A stretch of DNA of 64,000 nucleotides from Eledone cirrhosa (Eukaryota). The position numbers and the translations under genes were made by a program. The first letter of the stretch is position 1. Every line of letters starts with the position of its first letter. This document shows, one piece after another, positions 59,241 through 64,000 of this stretch. The notes under the pieces are model-generated. The model saw only the letters and a program-made list of their open reading frames with translations, was not told where the DNA came from and did no database searches. The stretch spans positions 25,854,001-25,918,000 of the forward strand of contig OZ024750.1 in the NCBI GenBank assembly GCA_964016885.1. The letters run 5' to 3'.

Positions 59241-62200
59241 TCTGTCCTGTTAGTCCGTACGTCCTTCCCTCCATTCGTCCGTCCATCCTTCCCGGCTTTT
59301 TAGTGTATTGTTTATTGTCAATTACGTGCGTTGACGCTGTTAAATTAAATTTACGTAAATTCAAAAAAATTGCAAGGCACACAATGGACCGATTAATCTT
59401 ATGTCCACTAATAAATGCAGAAATATCTTACATCTTTATTGTATTTTAAAAAGTAGGAAATATTTGTTTCTACTTTAGGCACAAAGGCAGCAATAACCCA
59501 GTTCATTACTGGTACTTTATTTTATCGACCCCGTAAGGATGAAAGGCAAAGTCAACCTCGGCGGGATTTGAACTCAGATCGTAAAGGGACGTAACTATGC
59601 TGGAAAGCATGGCGTCCGACCCTCTACCGATACTGCCAGGAAATATTGGTCGATAGACTACAATAGGCACGCCTAGCTAAAACAACATTATTTTATAATC
59701 TTCTCGACGGACGCTCACTTCTCAATTTCATTTCCTTCTCTACATTTCTTTTGACTCTCACTATTGCTCTTTCTTTTTTTCTGACCCATCTCTCCTATCT
59801 TAACATCACGCCCTCTCTTAGTTTTTGAGTGACTACTTCATTGGTTGTCTTGCAAACGTGTAACTAACTACTTAGAATAAGCATGAAATCTTCAGCTACA
59901 TCTGTATATATCTGTTACTAAATCACATAAGAGAGACGAAATGTGGCTCGAGATTAGTGAGATTAAATCTCTTGTGGTGGTACCATTTGAAATAGTATAA
60001 CTGTTTATACATTTTTGTGGGTTTGCTCAGATGTCTAGCCACCCTATATAAAGACCCGAATGTTATTGAACATGATTGAACATTTTTGGGCAAAGGTTTC
60101 AGTGTGAGAATAACATGATAGCTTGCCGTGTTCCTTTCAGGATCATCTTCTACTTCCACTGACTTCATAGTTCCACTGACTTTCAAGGAGGGCAAAGATA
60201 AAATATCTCCCATTGGAAACTTTTAGCTAGACAAAGCAGAACTATACAATGTACGTCAACATTTGGAAGACTATATTTTCTCTTAGGGCTTACTTTTGAC
60301 TCATGTTTTCTTTTAATCATTACAGGCTTTCGATAGAAGAATGTAGACGACAACAGTTTTACGGCTGGATGAGCTACAGATATCAAAGGAAGAGTTACTT
60401 GCAACTTTAATGTGTCGCATTTCTCTTTCTATGTTTATAATATTAATAATGGAAACTATCAATATTTCAAATCCATTAAACAATAAAAAAAGTTGAGGAT
60501 CAGATTCTCACATTGTTTTTCCTTAAAAGATTGTCAAAATCAAAGAGAAATTCCCACATGACACTCTCGTCTGAATTTCTTGTTTGATGTTCAAGTTGAA
60601 CATCTGTAAATCATTGTTAAAAACATGAGCCGGGATATAAAACTAGGTGGGCATTGTTCTGGACAGGAGACATTATGGGGAAAGAACAATATTAAGAAGA
60701 AAAAAATATGAGAGTTGGCTAGGATACGATGAATACGCATGAGGTGAAAAAGTTATACAAATATCTAGAGCAGAACAACAGATCATTATACTAGTGATGT
60801 AAATAGAAAGAAGAATAACAGACGGCAAGTCTATGAATGTCCTTTCTGATTTGCTTAATAATGATTGTGTGTAGCAGTAGCATTGTTGTTGAGATTTGAG
60901 CTGTAGTATAATGTGGGTTTAAGTTGAACCTTGTAGAGTGTTAGAAATTGAATGGGATTGATGTATTTTCTGGCTCTATATATGGAATTTAATGTGTGTG
61001 AAACAATTTATTCATGTGTTATTTCTTAGGTTTCATCAGATGTTCCAATATTTGTATCAATGTTGAAAGTCTTAAGTGTATGTTAATCATAATTAGAGAG
61101 TACAAGGTACGACATTATGTAACAGATGTATGTAGTGACAGAATTGTTTTTTTGGGGGGAGAACGTTATCCTCTTCATATTGACAGATGTTCCCAAAACC
61201 ATGGATTCACTTTATGTTGGTGTGAATTAATGGTATTGCGTATAAGTGACACATGTATGTGACAATCTAAGCAGGAGTAAAGTGTAGCAAATTTTGAGTT
61301 GCAGAGTGCCTCATTAGAGGCAATAACAATGTAGAGCAAAGGTTCTCAACGGGGGGGGGGATGCACCCGGGGGCGTTTCGGCGCTCTAGTGGGGTGGGTG
61401 GGTGGGGGCGTTTTGGAGCAAGGGGGCGTTGGTGTGTGGGTGAGTGGGTGTTTGAAGATTTGGGGTGCGCTAGGCTATTTACTTAGGTAAATTTTATAAG
61501 CCATATTTTTACGTCTCTGAGACAGCCAGTCTGAATGCATTTGAATAAAGAAAACTAAGAAAATAAATAAAAGAATCTTGTCAACCAATTCCATAGGGAG
61601 ATAAATGAAAAACGAAAGAAATCAAAGAAAATGAATATAAGGACAACGACAACTTTTACAACAGTTACAAGAACAACAGAATCGACAAGAAAAAGAAGCA
61701 ATGGTGATGAAAGGTGTGGGTGTATACATATACATACATAGAATCATACAAACACATGCATACATACATGGCGGCTGCCAACTCGTTTTCGAGTACGGCC
61801 ACTACTTTATATCCATGTAGGAGAACCCCTATCAATGCGCTGAACGAGTGTGACTTTTTAGTCCAGCCAGCGACTTGAAAACTCTGGTACAAACACTACA
61901 CTTGTGACAATTATTGACACATAGTGCTGGGCCCATGGTACCATGTGACAACAAGTGCAGAGAGATCTCCAGATATAAAGCAATGCCTGTGTCCTGAAGC
62001 TTTTATAGTGAGCAAAGGCACTGCACAAAGCCAGTCCCACTCTCTTAACCAAGATGATATTTACCAAAAAGAAGAACAAGTCAACATCATTGGATACCAT
62101 CAGCGTTGCAAGTGTTATATCAGAGTTTTCCTTCTCCTAGAATTCTGCCTTGACAAAGGCTAAGGGGTCATCTCTCCCGGTGATTTTGGATGGCCATTAA

Positions 62201-62739
62201 CTCTTAAGAGCTCCTTTGCCCTTTGACAGGTTTTGTTTTTAGTCCTGCAGGATGTCCAAAGACACCCTCCTCACCAAGAAACATTGGTGGTGTTGCCAGT
62301 TTAGTCGCCAACGACCCGACCATGGGACAGGTTGCACTGGAATACATGTTACCATGTTATATACACATACATACATACATACACATACATATATATACAC
62401 ATACATATATATATACACATACATACATATATATATACACATACATATATATATATATACACACCTGACCCCCACATACATACATACATACATACATACA
62501 TACATACATACATACATACATACATACATACATACATACATACAGTCAATGTGATCAGTCGCATATTTTGGCGTGGGAGAATTTTATTAAATTTAAAATG
62601 AATACTATCTCCGACAGTAATGCCACATCTACAGTCATGTTGAATAACTGGTTATTCTTCTAACTATATCTTCTGAAGACACCTGTTATTCGAATTCGTA
62701 GAGATATCCGACTAATTACATAATTCATTTTACAAGGAT

Positions 62740-64000
62740 TTGCTACAAACAGCATGGCTGAACACAACATCAACAACAAAATTAAGGAAGTACCGAAGAC
62801 AAATAACAAGGAAGGTAAACAAACTTTATTCAGTTGTAGCTACAGAAGAAACTGAAATTATAAATCGCATTTCTCTTGGAGTTGCGAACTTAATAATGAT
62901 TTATTTAATTGTTATAAAATGGCAATAAACAATCCCTCCATTGGTTATATGAACAGAATGAAGCTACACTGGGACGAAATACACCCAGAGCTAAATTATT
63001 TCACAGCGAAACAATTACGCCAACAAGCGAAGTTTGTTGAACGTAAAAATAAGATAAATATTATTAATTATAAGTCCCCACAACAAACATGTTATCAACA
63101 ACACGTGCTACAGGTCACCATGCTACTAGACTTCCTAGCAGCCAGGTCGAACAGCGCCTTGAAACAACTATGCCTGTAAGAAACTTGACACCACCTGTAC
63201 CATCTAAGTCTACCTCGAATGCTGGGGAAAACACTTCGGTAATAATAATAATCGAAGAAATAATAATAATAATCGAAGAAATTTGACACCACGTGTACCA
63301 CCCGAGTCTACCTCGACTGTTATGGAAAATCGATAATGATAATAATCAAAAGTATAAACAATTGAAATGTTCTCTCAACGAAATCTTCCAGAGAGAAATT
63401 AATTCATGTATAAATATCTCTCTTGCTGAACGTATTAAAACGACAATGTTTCATAAAAAAACAAATAATGAAATATTACGTGTTATTGACGAAATAGAGG
63501 ATGAATATTTACGACGGATAAAAACGCCATATTTTGGCAAACCGACGCCTGTTTATATGCCTTAGCAATGACAGTGAAGCATTATCTTGGTGATAGTAGA
63601 GATATTAACAAGAACAGAACACCACCAAAAATACCATCATATATAACTAAAATAGAAAAAAAGATTGATGACCTACGAAAAAACATAGGATATGTGATAA
63701 TGCTCCTTACATGCAAACAAACACAAAAAACCTCACTCCTCACCAACAAAGAGTGAAAAATAAAATAGAGACGATGTTTGGTAACAGTAGAACCAGAACT
63801 CTCCAATATAAACTGATCACCATCAAACAAGAATTGAGAGCTGTTAGCGAAAAACGCCGATACCTGAAGAAGGTAGATGAGAGAAAAGTGCTTAATAAAA
63901 GATTCAGACGAAACCAAACATCAGTCTATAGAGATATGATGGGCAAAATAATAAGTCTCACTGAGGCGCCATCCCAGAAAGATATAGATTCCGTTTGGAG
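62740..64000 (+). mobile_element. Degenerate R4/Dong-like non-LTR element, N-terminal ORF region, runs off the window
   Basis: GYMNRMKLHWDEIHP..TAKQLRQQAKFV; KIEKKIDDLRK.IG; KQELRAVSEKRRYLKK..NKRFRRNQTSVYR..PSQKDIDSVW; frameshifts and stops. Confidence 0.65.

Noticed and set aside
54810-61722. Composite transposon bounded by ~380-bp inverted repeats
   Set aside because: The hAT-like termini face the interior and no shared TSD is seen; two separate fragments are more likely

Overview
AT-rich animal genomic DNA saturated with (TA)n, (CA)n and (TCTA)n microsatellites. The SINE sequences resemble ones I recall from octopods, so a cephalopod origin is inferred but not verified. The supplied ORF track misses the real gene, which lies on the + strand. 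It encodes a single-pass membrane protein built from 14 intact 132/135-nt phase-1/phase-1 exons, each coding one 8-Cys EGF/laminin-EGF-like repeat (MEGF10/SREC-like), plus one dead copy and four half-exons. These are followed by a transmembrane exon (45131-45221) and a candidate Lys/Asp/Gly-rich tail exon (~56.9-57.1 kb). The 5' end lies left of the window. The exon array has grown at several nested duplication scales (~310 bp, 691 bp, multi-exon blocks, ~6.4-7.5 kb). The introns are packed with Penelope-like (PLE) material: three RT/GIY-YIG remnants and at least 7 short, sequence-distinct elements carrying minimal type-I hammerhead ribozyme motifs. Most of these form fold-back palindromes next to (TA)n, and one is a ~540-bp tandem array with a hammerhead per monomer (retrozyme-like). 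Also present are two young RTE copies (one with a 13-bp TSD, one 5'-inverted), stacked Tx1-like 3' ends in (TCTA)n, an R4/Dong-like remnant, SINEs and hAT-type ends. All calls were made by eye, with no database searches.
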